Position numbers and translations under genes: made by a program
Shown: in pieces, positions 16,897 to 27,069 of the stretch
Position numbering within the stretch: the first letter of the stretch is position 1
How the letters are laid out: each line of letters opens with the position of its first letter
The notes under the pieces: model-generated
What the model was told of the DNA's origin: nothing
Database searches by the model: none
Seen by the model: the letters and a program-made list of their open reading frames with translations, nothing else
From: Synechococcus elongatus PCC 6301
GTDB taxonomy: Bacteria > Cyanobacteriota > Cyanobacteriia > Synechococcales > Synechococcaceae
Assembly: GCF_000010065.1 (NCBI RefSeq)
Contig: NC_006576.1
Coordinates: 1,710,001-1,742,000, forward strand
Length of the DNA: 32,000 bases
Reading direction: 5' to 3'

Positions 16897-17550
16897 TCAG
16901 GCTTCGCGCTTCAGCCAAATTGGCTGTAGACCCGCTGCTTGCGAACCCCGTACGTCTTCCCGAAAACTGTCGCCAATGTGCCAAGCCTCGTGCGGCTGAC
17001 ACTGTTGTTGCGCTAAAGCCATCGCAAAGATCAGGCGATCGGGTTTGGCAGCACCCACTTCCGGCGAAATCGTGATGCTGCTGAAGTAATTCGTCAGCCC
17101 CAAGCTGTCGAGTACTGGATAAATGCGGCTATCGAAGTTAGAAATAATTCCCAAGGCAACGCCGCGATCGCGCCAATAGTCCAGTAGCGGCCAGACATCG
17201 TCGTAGACAAACCAAGGCTCCGGCCCTTGGAAGTGACGATAGAGGTTGTCAAAGAAATCGGCAAAACTCTGATCAGAAAACTGGACTAAATCCCCCGATC
17301 GCTCGAAGGTGCGTCGCGCGATCGCCTGCCACCACTGATATTCCAAGGCGGGAACTTGCTCCGGCGGTGCCTCGGGAAAGGCCAGCGGTGGTGCTTCTTG
17401 AAAAGCCGCGTAGAAGGCATCGTTCAAACGCCGTGCGTTGGCATCGACGCCAAACTCCAACGCTAGCTGTCGATAGGCCAGTCCCACACTGCCTTTGACG
17501 CCAAACAGCGTGCCGACTGCATCAAAGAAAATTACCTGGGGAAGAGCCAT
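16897..17550 (-). CDS. HAD-superfamily hydrolase (subfamily IA, REG-2-like)
   Basis: 217-aa ORF. Motif I is VIFFDAVGTLF, and WHIGDSFREDVRG is HAD motif IV-like. Confidence 0.8.
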   Translation of the reverse strand: MALPQVIFFDAVGTLFGVKGSVGLAYRQLALEFGVDANARRLNDAFYAAFQEAPPLAFPEAPPEQVPALEYQWWQAIARRTFERSGDLVQFSDQSFADFFDNLYRHFQGPEPWFVYDDVWPLLDYWRDRGVALGIISNFDSRIYPVLDSLGLTNYFSSITISPEVGAAKPDRLIFAMALAQQQCQPHEAWHIGDSFREDVRGSQAAGLQPIWLKREA

Positions 17551-17559
17551 AGCCAGCGA

Positions 17560-18756
17560 TTAGGAATGCAGCAGCGAGTCCAACGGTTGCAGGAGCCAAT
17601 TCAGACCTACGCGACATTGTTGCGTTGGAGTGGGCATCCGGTAAAGGTAGGCCAAGCGGCGGGCGACTGCCGCTAGGGGGCCTTCCAAAGTCAACCCGAG
17701 TCCTGTCAATGTGGCGTTGCCGGAACCCAGCGCCAGCATTTCACCCAAGGCTTGGTATTGGAAATCGCTCAAAGGTTGCTCACGGCGTTGAGCGATCAAA
17801 TTCGCAGCCAGACAGTTTGCCTGCTGGAACGCTGCCTGAGCGGTGGCCGGAATCGCTTTGCCATCCACCAGTGGTAGCTCTGCCAAGTCACCCAGCGCGA
17901 AAAGGTTATTGTGACCGCTGATTTGTAGGGTCAGCGCGGTTTGTAGTTGACCTCGAGCATTTTTGGGTAAATCCAGAGCGGCAACGGCTGCGGGCACTCG
18001 GTTGCCAACCGTCCACAAGACCAGATCGATGTTGCTGAGTCGTTCCGTTTGCTCCCCGCGCTGCAGCACGATCGCATCAGCTTCGACGGCAGCCACACCG
18101 GTTTTCAGATCCAAGAGAATCTGGCGCTGCTGTAAAGCTCGTTCTGCCGCTTCACGGTTAAATTCTGGCGAGTTGCGCAGAATGTCTTCACCCAGCTCAA
18201 TCAGGCGAATCCAGGCGCGATCGCCCAAGCGATCGGCCAGTTTGCAGGCCAGCTCGACCCCACTGGGACCCGCTCCCACGATCGCAATGCGGATCTGGCG
18301 ATCGGGCTGATGTTCCAGCTCACTCAAGCGAGTATTGAGGGCGATCGCGTCGTCCAAACTGCGGAACGGTAGGGCGTGAGTTTCTGCACCGGGGGCGAGA
18401 TCACGAGGCGTTTCACCCCCCAAAGCCAACACGAGCTGACCAAACTCAAAAACTTGTCCCGACTCCAATACGACAAGCTGTTGCTGGAGATCGACCTCGC
18501 TAACAACCCCCCGATGGAATTGCACCGGCGTATTTGCCAGCAGATCGCGGTAGCGGGGCGCGACTTCCCAGCCTTGGAGTTCACCCGTGATCAGTTCGTA
18601 GAGCAGCGGCAAAAAAACAAAGCGATCGCCACGGTCAATCAAATGAATCGGCGGCCGACTGGCCCCCTGCCAAGACTGCTGAGCCAGCGCTAGCGCGGTA
18701 TAGAGACCACCAAAGCCACCGCCGAGGATACAGATTGCTGAGTTGGCGCTGACCAT
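17560..18756 (-). CDS. Type II NAD(P)H dehydrogenase (NDH-2; FAD-dependent pyridine nucleotide-disulfide oxidoreductase)
   Basis: 398-aa ORF with two dinucleotide-binding motifs (ICILGGGFGGLYTA and IAIVGAGPSGVELA) and LFALGDLA near the C-terminus. Confidence 0.85.
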   Translation of the reverse strand: MVSANSAICILGGGFGGLYTALALAQQSWQGASRPPIHLIDRGDRFVFLPLLYELITGELQGWEVAPRYRDLLANTPVQFHRGVVSEVDLQQQLVVLESGQVFEFGQLVLALGGETPRDLAPGAETHALPFRSLDDAIALNTRLSELEHQPDRQIRIAIVGAGPSGVELACKLADRLGDRAWIRLIELGEDILRNSPEFNREAAERALQQRQILLDLKTGVAAVEADAIVLQRGEQTERLSNIDLVLWTVGNRVPAAVAALDLPKNARGQLQTALTLQISGHNNLFALGDLAELPLVDGKAIPATAQAAFQQANCLAANLIAQRREQPLSDFQYQALGEMLALGSGNATLTGLGLTLEGPLAAVARRLAYLYRMPTPTQQCRVGLNWLLQPLDSLLHS

Positions 18757-18986
18757 GATGCGCGAGCCTACTGTAATGTTTTGTCTCTTTTGCAGGATAA
18801 CGATTCACTGCGATCGCCGCCGGTTGTGTGGCTGACGTGGTCAGCTCTGGCGCTTTCCCAATCTTCCTCGGACTGGCTTCTTTGCTGAAACCAGCTGTTG
18901 CAGCGATCTTAAAAGGTGCGGCAAACCGCCCAAGCTCACCGAAGGGGAATGCCAAACTGAGAATATTCCTGCTCTCTTCTATTCCT

Positions 18987-19247
18987 ATGGCCAAACATGA
19001 TCAGGCCCATATGTCGCGCCGTGTCAGCAAGTTTAAGCCCGGTGGTTTGAGCGCGATGACCCGCAAGCAGATGGAATATTACATGGGGGCTAAGCTGCTG
19101 GAGCTCGGCGTTGAACCGAAGTCGGCCATCTACCGCTGGAGTACGACGGAAGAAGGTAATGATGCCGTTTACACCTACAGTGCTTATTGGGGCGAGGCCC
19201 GGCAGCAGGTGGAACAAGGTTTAGAGCCTGCCGCTCCGACGGCCTAA
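18987..19247 (+). CDS. Small hypothetical protein (86 aa from the ATG)
   Basis: ATG 18987 gives MAKHDQAHMSRRVSKFKPGG... The frame is open upstream to GTG 18828, so the start is uncertain. No family recognised. Confidence 0.45.
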   Translation: MAKHDQAHMSRRVSKFKPGGLSAMTRKQMEYYMGAKLLELGVEPKSAIYRWSTTEEGNDAVYTYSAYWGEARQQVEQGLEPAAPTA

Positions 19248-19286
19248 CGCTTTTGACGAACTGTTGCGATCGCTCAAACGAAGTCC

Positions 19287-19985
19287 ATGCCTGCTTTGCT
19301 GCCCAGCCTGACCGAAATCAATGCCCAGCTTGCTGATCAAGCAGCAACGCAGATCATTCAGTGGGCAGCAACTGAATTTGGATCGGGGCTGGTGCTCAGC
19401 ACGAGTTTTGGCATTCAGTCGGCGGTGATGCTGCACTTGGCGACTCAGGTGCAGCCGGATATTCCGGTGATCTGGATCGACACGGGTTATCTGCCTACGG
19501 AAACCTATCGGTTTGCGGCAGAGCTGACGGAACGGCTCAAGCTGAATCTGAAGGTCTATCAATCGGAGATCAGCCCGGCGCGGATGGAAGCGCTCTATGG
19601 CCGGCTCTGGGAAAGCGAGTCGGTGGAAGACTTCAACCGCTATGACCAAATGCGCAAGGTGGAGCCGATGAATCGTGCCCTGCAAGAACTGGGTGCAACG
19701 GCTTGGTTGTCGGGCGTACGACGGCAGCAAACGGCGCATCGCCAGTCAATGGAAATTGTCGAACTCAAACGCGATCGCTATGCGATTCGGCCGATTCTTG
19801 GTTGGCACTCCCGCGACGTTTATCAGTACCTGACTGCTCACGATCTGCCCTACCATCCGCTCTTTGATCAGGGCTACGTCACCGTTGGTGACTGGCATTC
19901 CAGCCGCCCCCTGCAAGCAGATGACAGTGATGAGCGCAGCACCCGGTTCCGGGGCTTGAAGCAAGAGTGTGGCCTGCACTTGTAA
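19287..19985 (+). CDS. cysH: Phosphoadenosine phosphosulfate (PAPS/APS) reductase
   Basis: 232-aa ORF with the PAPS-reductase fold motifs [14 protein letters not shown] and [11 protein letters not shown], and the C-terminal catalytic KQECGLH motif. Confidence 0.92.
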
Positions 19986-19997
19986 CTTGCGATCGCC

Positions 19998-20654
19998 TTA
20001 GTCGCAGGTTCGAATCAGGGTGATCCCGTCTCCGAGCGGCAGCAGACTGACCTGAAGGTTTGGATCAGCCGCGATCGCGGCATTGAAGTTGCGCAGGGCT
20101 TGAGTGCGGCGATCGCCATCCTCAGGATCAGCAACTCGACCAGACCAGAGCACGTTATCGACGGCGATCAATCCCTTGGGAGTAAGGAGCGATCGCGCTG
20201 TTTGGAAATAGTCAGCGGTGGCGCGCTTATCGGCATCAATCCAAATAAAGTCGAAGCGATCGCCCTGTTGTTGCAACTGCTGGAGGGCGGGACGAATTTC
20301 GCCTTGCAACAGTTGAATGCGATCGCCAAAGCCAAGCGATTCCCAATATTGCCTTGCCAAGTCTGTGGTTTGGCGATCGCGATCGAGAGTCAGAATCGAG
20401 CCGGTTGGTGGCAGGGCGATCGCCATTGCAAGGGCGCTGTAGCCCAAGCCCGTGCCCAGCTCTAAGACCCGTTGATAGCCACCAATCTGCACAAGCAAGG
20501 CTAAAAATTGCGATTGGGTCGGCGTAATTCCCAACTTAGCGGCGGCATGAGTCGCGGTTTGTTGCCGCCACATCTGCAAAACTGCTGGTTCCGGCGGCGT
20601 CATTGCCTGCAGATAGTCCGCGATCGCTGCCGTGACAAAGACTTGTTGCCCCAT
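19998..20654 (-). CDS. Class I SAM-dependent O-methyltransferase (family 3, caffeoyl-CoA OMT-like)
   Basis: 218-aa ORF with the SAM-binding motif VLELGTGLGYSAL, plus FDFIWIDADK and GLIAVDNVLWSG, typical of family-3 OMTs. Confidence 0.8.
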   Translation of the reverse strand: MGQQVFVTAAIADYLQAMTPPEPAVLQMWRQQTATHAAAKLGITPTQSQFLALLVQIGGYQRVLELGTGLGYSALAMAIALPPTGSILTLDRDRQTTDLARQYWESLGFGDRIQLLQGEIRPALQQLQQQGDRFDFIWIDADKRATADYFQTARSLLTPKGLIAVDNVLWSGRVADPEDGDRRTQALRNFNAAIAADPNLQVSLLPLGDGITLIRTCD

Positions 20655-20711
20655 GAAATCGGGTGGAATGCCGTTCCGTACAATAGCGGCTGTTGTGAAC
20701 GGGCGATCGCG

Positions 20712-21116
20712 GTGCGCTGGCTGGCTCTAGTTCTCGTCTTGGTGCTTTCGGCCTGTACTGCCTTTGGCCTGCCCGATCGCGCGGTCATTCGCGCTGGCCT
20801 GACGCTCCAACTCCAACAAACGGAAACCCAGCTCAGTGATCAGCTGCGTTTGGCCACCCCGATCATTCGGGTGCAGAAGTTGAAGATCCGCGATCGCAAG
20901 CCCCTCGACATTGGGGGGCGTCCTGCTTTTCAAGTCCTTGGACAAGCGACTTGGCAACTGCAGCAATCCGGCCAGAAGCAACAGATTAAAGCCCAGCCGT
21001 TTGAGTTGTACCTCCAGCGGCAGCCCCAAGCCCGCACCTGGCGGCTCGCCATTCCTCAGCCGTCATCCCAGAGCGATCGCCAAGAGTGGTCAACCTACGC
21101 CATCCCCTTGGCTTGA
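20712..21116 (+). CDS. Hypothetical lipoprotein
   Basis: GTG 20712 gives VRWLALVLVLVLSAC with the lipobox LSAC. The start is uncertain because the frame is open from 20508, which would overlap the OMT gene on the other strand. Confidence 0.45.
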   Translation: MRWLALVLVLVLSACTAFGLPDRAVIRAGLTLQLQQTETQLSDQLRLATPIIRVQKLKIRDRKPLDIGGRPAFQVLGQATWQLQQSGQKQQIKAQPFELYLQRQPQARTWRLAIPQPSSQSDRQEWSTYAIPLA

Positions 21117-21196
21117 AGGAGCCAGAGCCCGATCGCCGATTGTCAATTAGTTCTGAGAATCACGCGCTTGATCTCTGAGAGCGCAAGCTAAAACTG

Positions 21197-21210
21197 TTGC
21201 AAATTTGCAA
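21197..21210. promoter_or_regulatory. Perfect 14-bp palindrome TTGCAAATTTGCAA upstream of por (candidate dimeric transcription-factor site)
   Basis: The sequence is self-complementary with a 5-4-5 layout (TTGCA-AATT-TGCAA). It lies 114 nt upstream of the por ATG and ends 24 nt upstream of a TAGAAT -10-like hexamer (21235-21240). Confidence 0.35.
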
Positions 21211-21269
21211 GCTTTCTCAATCTTTCCATAGCTTTAGAATCCTTTACCCGCGCGGTTTCTGGCGCTTAG

Positions 21270-22289
<1,020 letters not shown>

Positions 22290-22470
22290 GCCAGTTGCAC
22301 TCAAGGCGGTACGGGGATGATTGTTATCCCCATGGACAGAAAGGGTGACTCTCTAGCTCAGCTCCAATCGTCCTAGAGAACTTGAAGGTTTCTATGGCTT
22401 GCCAGCTCTGGCTGCTTCAGTCGAGGTCATTTCGTCTTTAGCCTAGACAGCAGGCCTTTCGATCGCGCTT

Positions 22471-23784
22471 GTGACTGATTTCAAAATCATTGTTCTGGAT
22501 GACGATCCTACGGGATCGCAGACCGTGCACAGTTGCCCATTGCTGTTGCGCTGGGATGTCGAGACGCTTGTAACTGGACTGCGTCATCCATCGTTGCTCT
22601 GTTTCATTCTGGCGAACACACGATCGCTCAGCACTGAGGCCGCCGCTGCCCGAACTCGCGAGATCTGCCGCAACTTACAGCAAGCGATCGCTCAGCTCAG
22701 GCTCCAGCATTGGCTGATTATCAGTCGCGGTGACTCGACTCTGCGCGGTCATTTCTGGACGGAACCCCAAGCGATCGCGGCTGAACTAGGCCCATTTCAA
22801 GCGCAATTTCTCGTTCCTGCTTTTCTGGAGGGTGGCCGGATCACGCGGCAAGGCTGGCACCTCCTGCGAACTCCTAGGGGCGATCGCCCCTTGCATGAAA
22901 CAGAATTTGCCCAAGATCCGCTGTTTGGCTATCGCACCAGTTATCTACCCACTTTTCTGGCGACTCAAGCCGAGGATCCCAGTCTGAGCGATCGCATTCC
23001 GGTCTTGACTGCCGACAATCTAGAAACTGCTTTTACAACTGCATCTGCAACGAGCGATCGCTGGTTTGTGGTCGATGCAGAAACCCCTGATCAACTGCAA
23101 CAGTTTGCCAATCGCCTCAAAGCCGCAGTTCTCAACCACGGTCACTACCTCTGTCGCAGTGCTGCCAGCCTACTCAGTGCTTTGGCGCAACTGCCGCTGC
23201 AACCGATCGCACCCCAGCAATTCGGCCAACTCAATCCGCAGCATCGTACTGGTGTTGTGGTTGTTGGCTCTTGGACGACAATCAGCACAGGGCAACTCGA
23301 AGCTTTATTGGAACAACCGCAGGTTGCCGCGATCGCAGTTCCGATTGAGCCATTTGTCGAGTCTGACGGTCGCGATCGCCCCCCGCTCGCGGAGGATCTC
23401 GATCGCCAGATTCAGCAAGCTTTGCAGCAAGGTCAAACGCCTGTGATCTTCACTGAGCGGCAATTTCACGCCTGCGCCAGCCCAGAGCAGCAACAGCAAC
23501 TGAGTCGAGCGATCGCGGATTTTCTGGCTGAGCGCGTCTGTGCTTTACCCGCAGAGATTGGCTATCTGATCTGTAAGGGCGGGATCACGACCAACACGAT
23601 TCTGGCGAACTTGGATGCCGCGATCGTGGAGTTGCGCGGACAAATTCGGACTGGCGTCAATTTGGTGCAGCTTCCCGCCAGCCATCAAAAATTCCCCAGT
23701 CTGCCGATTGTCAGCTTCCCGGGGAATATTGGCGATCGCCACGATTTGGTGACGATTCAGCAGATTCTCAGTAGCGCTAGTTAA
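22471..23784 (+). CDS. Four-carbon acid sugar kinase family protein (DUF1537; YgbK/OtnK-like)
   Basis: GTG start. The N-terminus IIVLDDDPTGSQTVH is the hallmark of the DUF1537 N-domain. The C-terminal nucleotide-binding domain contains LICKGGITTN. Confidence 0.75.
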   Translation: MTDFKIIVLDDDPTGSQTVHSCPLLLRWDVETLVTGLRHPSLLCFILANTRSLSTEAAAARTREICRNLQQAIAQLRLQHWLIISRGDSTLRGHFWTEPQAIAAELGPFQAQFLVPAFLEGGRITRQGWHLLRTPRGDRPLHETEFAQDPLFGYRTSYLPTFLATQAEDPSLSDRIPVLTADNLETAFTTASATSDRWFVVDAETPDQLQQFANRLKAAVLNHGHYLCRSAASLLSALAQLPLQPIAPQQFGQLNPQHRTGVVVVGSWTTISTGQLEALLEQPQVAAIAVPIEPFVESDGRDRPPLAEDLDRQIQQALQQGQTPVIFTERQFHACASPEQQQQLSRAIADFLAERVCALPAEIGYLICKGGITTNTILANLDAAIVELRGQIRTGVNLVQLPASHQKFPSLPIVSFPGNIGDRHDLVTIQQILSSAS

Positions 23785-24845
23785 GCCAAGGACGGGACTA
23801 AGCCGCGCTGGGCTCGGGCTAGCTCCCGCAGCATTTTCTCTGTGGTCGGAAAGTCGACGCAGGGATCGGTGATGCTTTGGCCGTAGCGCAACTCTGACAA
23901 GTCGGCTGGGATGGGTTGATTGCCTTCAACCAGGTGGCTTTCAATCATCACGCCCATCAGGTGACGCGATCCCTCAGCAACCTGTTCGGCCAGATCTGAG
24001 AGCACCACTGACTGACGGCGATAGTCCTTGTTGGAGTTGCCGTGGCTGCAGTCCACCATCACTCGTGCATGGAGGCCCATGCTAGCCAGTTGATAGGCTG
24101 CTTCTTCAATGTCCGCTGCTGCGTAATTTGGACCTTTGCTGCCGCCGCGCAGCACTAAATGACCGTCTGGATTGCCGGTGGTCGAGACAATGCTGGCCAG
24201 ACCGTCATGGTTAATTCCCAGGAAATGGTGGGGCTGGCTGGCGGAAAGCATGGCATTGGCTGCGATATGGAAGCTACCATCGGTGCCATTTTTGAAGCCG
24301 ATCGGCATCGACAGGCCCGAAGCCATTTCGCGGTGAGTTTGACTTTCGGTGGTTCGCGCCCCAATCGCCGTCCAAGCAATTACATCAGCGATGTACTGCG
24401 GAATAATCGGGTCGAGCAGTTCTGTCGCGGCGGGCAAGCCCATATCTGCCAAACCGAGCAATAACTTGCGAGCCCGCTGGATGCCGGTATTGATGTCGTA
24501 GCTGCCGTCGAGGTGGGGATCGTTGATCAATCCTTTCCAGCCGACCGTCGTGCGGGGCTTTTCAAAGTAGACCCGCATCACGATTTCAAGTTCATCCGCC
24601 AGCTCTTCGCGCAGTGGCAAGAGCTTTTGGCCGTAGTCGTAAGCTGCGTTGACGTCGTGAATGGAGCAGGGCCCGACAATCACCAACAGGCGGCGATCGC
24701 TATTGCGCAAAATGCTACGAACGCGATCGCGGGTAGAAGCCACCAAGTCTGCTGCTGTCTCGGAAAGGGGCAGCTTCTGGTGAATTTCCGCAGGACTGAT
24801 CAAGGAACGCGTCTCGACGACGTGGAGATCGGAAGTCTGTTTCAT
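23781..24845 (-). CDS. 3-deoxy-7-phosphoheptulonate (DAHP) synthase, class I-alpha
   Basis: LLVIVGPCSIHD, KPRTTVGWKGL and DCSHGNS motifs, with AroG/F/H-like length when started at ATG 24845. The ORF is open to TTG 24881. Confidence 0.92.
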   Translation of the reverse strand: MKQTSDLHVVETRSLISPAEIHQKLPLSETAADLVASTRDRVRSILRNSDRRLLVIVGPCSIHDVNAAYDYGQKLLPLREELADELEIVMRVYFEKPRTTVGWKGLINDPHLDGSYDINTGIQRARKLLLGLADMGLPAATELLDPIIPQYIADVIAWTAIGARTTESQTHREMASGLSMPIGFKNGTDGSFHIAANAMLSASQPHHFLGINHDGLASIVSTTGNPDGHLVLRGGSKGPNYAAADIEEAAYQLASMGLHARVMVDCSHGNSNKDYRRQSVVLSDLAEQVAEGSRHLMGVMIESHLVEGNQPIPADLSELRYGQSITDPCVDFPTTEKMLRELARAQRGLVPSLA

Positions 24846-25067
24846 GGGCGGCTGAGAAAGCAAGCGCTGCGGCCGCCGCAACGCCTTCCCATATTAGCGC
24901 CGCCGATCGAGGCATCGGGATCCTCCTGCAGAAACGTGACTGAGCTTAAACAACTGGCGATCGCTTAAGCATGGCCCGAAGACTGCAAAACATTAAGGGC
25001 GGAGCGGCTTTTATTGATCGCCCGCAACCCTTGGTGCTTAATAGGGGCGTATTCGGCTGGATCACGA

Positions 25068-25688
25068 ATGATCAGCGTCTATTGGTTTTGCTTTTTATTC
25101 GGTGGCATTTTTGTGGCACTTGCCGCTGTCGGAGGGCTGGACCACGATTTCGGTCATGACTTCGACTCTGACTTTGACCACAGTTTTGACGCTGAAGCAG
25201 CGGTTGAGCCCGATGTAGCCGCTGATGTCGATCTGCCAGAGCCTCCAAGTTCAGGGCGGCGGCTGTGGTTGCCGATTACCAGCTTTAAGTTTTGGACCTT
25301 TGGCCTTTGTTTCTTTGGCATGACGGGTCTGCTGCTGGGCTGGCTCAATCCGAACTTGCCGGGCTCTCTGCAGTTGGGCCTTGCGATCGCGATGGGTCTG
25401 CTGCTGGGTACGGGCATGGCTGGTCTGCTGCGGCAGTTGCGCAATCGCCAGGTCGATAGTCTGGTGCGGAGTACGGATCTGGTTGGTGCCCGCGGCATCG
25501 TTGTCTTGCCTTTCAATGCCCAAAGCCGCGGCAAGGTGCAGCTGGAAGTCAAAAACAGTGTGATTGAGCTCAGTGCTTGTACCGATTCGCCCTTGGATTT
25601 TCAGCGGGGCGATGAAGTGGTGGTGCTGCGATCGGAAGGGCAACGACTGTGGGTGATTGGTCGCACGGAATTAGATCTGCAACCTTGA
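25068..25688 (+). CDS. NfeD-like membrane protein (partner of SPFH/flotillin proteins)
   Basis: N-terminal TM helix, an acidic His/Asp repeat, two more TM helices, and a C-terminal OB-fold-like segment (GARGIVVLPF..GKVQLEVKNSVIELSA..GDEVVVL). It lies directly upstream of the flotillin genes, as in yuaF-floT and yqiJ-yqiK. Confidence 0.7.
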   Translation: MISVYWFCFLFGGIFVALAAVGGLDHDFGHDFDSDFDHSFDAEAAVEPDVAADVDLPEPPSSGRRLWLPITSFKFWTFGLCFFGMTGLLLGWLNPNLPGSLQLGLAIAMGLLLGTGMAGLLRQLRNRQVDSLVRSTDLVGARGIVVLPFNAQSRGKVQLEVKNSVIELSACTDSPLDFQRGDEVVVLRSEGQRLWVIGRTELDLQP

Positions 25689-25728
25689 ACCGCTGCTGTC
25701 TGAGAGCTTGTTTCCTAGGAGAGTCTGT

Positions 25729-27069
25729 ATGTCCCTGCTCCCGCAATATTCCCCGCTGGTGCTAGCGCAATTTGAATCTCAGCCGTCCAGCCGTAATACC
25801 GGACAAGAAAGTGACTGGGTGGGCGGCACCCTCGGCTTTGGGATTGTTGGATTCCTTGTCCTGTTTGTCATCCTCAAATCCTGCCTGCGCATTTGTAACC
25901 CCAACGAAATTCTGATTGTGTCGGGGCGAAAGCATCGCAATCCCAAAGGGGAGATGGTGGGCTACCGTGTGCTGTTTGGTGGACGGACGCTGACGATCCC
26001 GGTGATCGAAACTGTCAAGCGCATGGACGTGACTACGATGCCCGTACCGGTTGAGGTGACTAATGCCTACGCCAAGGGCGGCACACCGATCAATATCCAA
26101 GCGATCGCCAACGTCAAAGTTTCAACGGATCCCCGCTTGGTCGGCAATGCGATCGAACGCTTCCTCGATCGCAATCGCTCTGAAATTGCCCGCGTCGCCC
26201 GCGAAACCCTAGAGGGCAACTTACGAGGGGTGGTCGCGACCCTCACTCCTGAAGAGGTCAATGAAGACCGGCTGCGGTTCGCGGAACGGATTGCTGAGGA
26301 TGTCAGCCACGATCTCTCGAAATTAGGGCTGCGGTTGGACACGCTCAAAATTCAAAGTGTGGCCGACGATGTGGACTACCTCAAGTCAATTGGTCGTCGT
26401 CGCATTGCCCAGATCACTCGCGATGCAGAGATTGCTGAGGCCGAAGCCCTAGGGGAAGCCGATCGCCGCGAGGCCGATGCCCAGCAGCAGGCAGAAGTTG
26501 CTCGCGCCCAGGCGGCAACGGTGGTGCAGCAGCGCCAGAACGAACTGCGCAAAATCAAGGCGCAACTCGATCAGCAAGTCCGCTCCGAGGAAGAACGGAC
26601 AACCGCCGCCGCTAAGGAAGCTCGTGCTCGGGCGGAGCAGCGCCTCCAATCGCTACGGGCGGAGCTCGAAAAACTCCGGCTAGAAGCCGATGAGGTCTTA
26701 CCTGCCGAAGCTCAACGGGTGGCCAAGACCCTGCAAGCCCGCGGTAGTGCGGCGGTGCTGGCTGAGAATGCCAAAGCGGCTGCAGAAGTGAGCGATCGCC
26801 TCAGTCAAGTCTGGCGATCAGCAGGCCCCGAAGCGGCGGAACTCTTCTTGATTCAACAGATTGAAATGGTGCTGCGAGAAGCGGCGCAAATTCCCGGACG
26901 GCTGCACCTCCACAAGGTTCGGGTCGTCGATGGCGGCGATGGCCAAGCCCTAGCCCGCTTGATTAATGCCTATCCAGAAATTGTCCAGCAGTTCCTACAG
27001 AGGGTGGACTCCACCTTGGGGCTGGATGTGATCGGAACCCTGAGCCGTCGTCCTGGAGGTGAAGTCTAA
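25729..27069 (+). CDS. Flotillin-like SPFH/Band-7 domain protein (paralogue 1)
   Basis: N-terminal TM helix, an SPFH domain (NPNEILIVSGR...TLEGNLRGVVATLTPEEVNEDR), and a long Ala/Glu/Arg/Gln-rich coiled coil. I chose ATG 25729. Confidence 0.85.
   Translation: MSLLPQYSPLVLAQFESQPSSRNTGQESDWVGGTLGFGIVGFLVLFVILKSCLRICNPNEILIVSGRKHRNPKGEMVGYRVLFGGRTLTIPVIETVKRMDVTTMPVPVEVTNAYAKGGTPINIQAIANVKVSTDPRLVGNAIERFLDRNRSEIARVARETLEGNLRGVVATLTPEEVNEDRLRFAERIAEDVSHDLSKLGLRLDTLKIQSVADDVDYLKSIGRRRIAQITRDAEIAEAEALGEADRREADAQQQAEVARAQAATVVQQRQNELRKIKAQLDQQVRSEEERTTAAAKEARARAEQRLQSLRAELEKLRLEADEVLPAEAQRVAKTLQARGSAAVLAENAKAAAEVSDRLSQVWRSAGPEAAELFLIQQIEMVLREAAQIPGRLHLHKVRVVDGGDGQALARLINAYPEIVQQFLQRVDSTLGLDVIGTLSRRPGGEV

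Noticed and set aside
18757-18986. Possible riboswitch or ncRNA in the 230-bp gap upstream of the small ORF and cysH, with local hairpins such as GCTGAC-GTG-GTCAGC at 18841-18855
   Set aside because: I could not match it to any riboswitch consensus I know (SAM, SAH, glutamine, THF, etc.). The region also serves as a divergent promoter space, and the downstream frame is open through it.
19221-19739. 172-aa - strand ORF
   Set aside because: It is antisense to cysH. The product is Arg-rich and looks like a nonsense translation.
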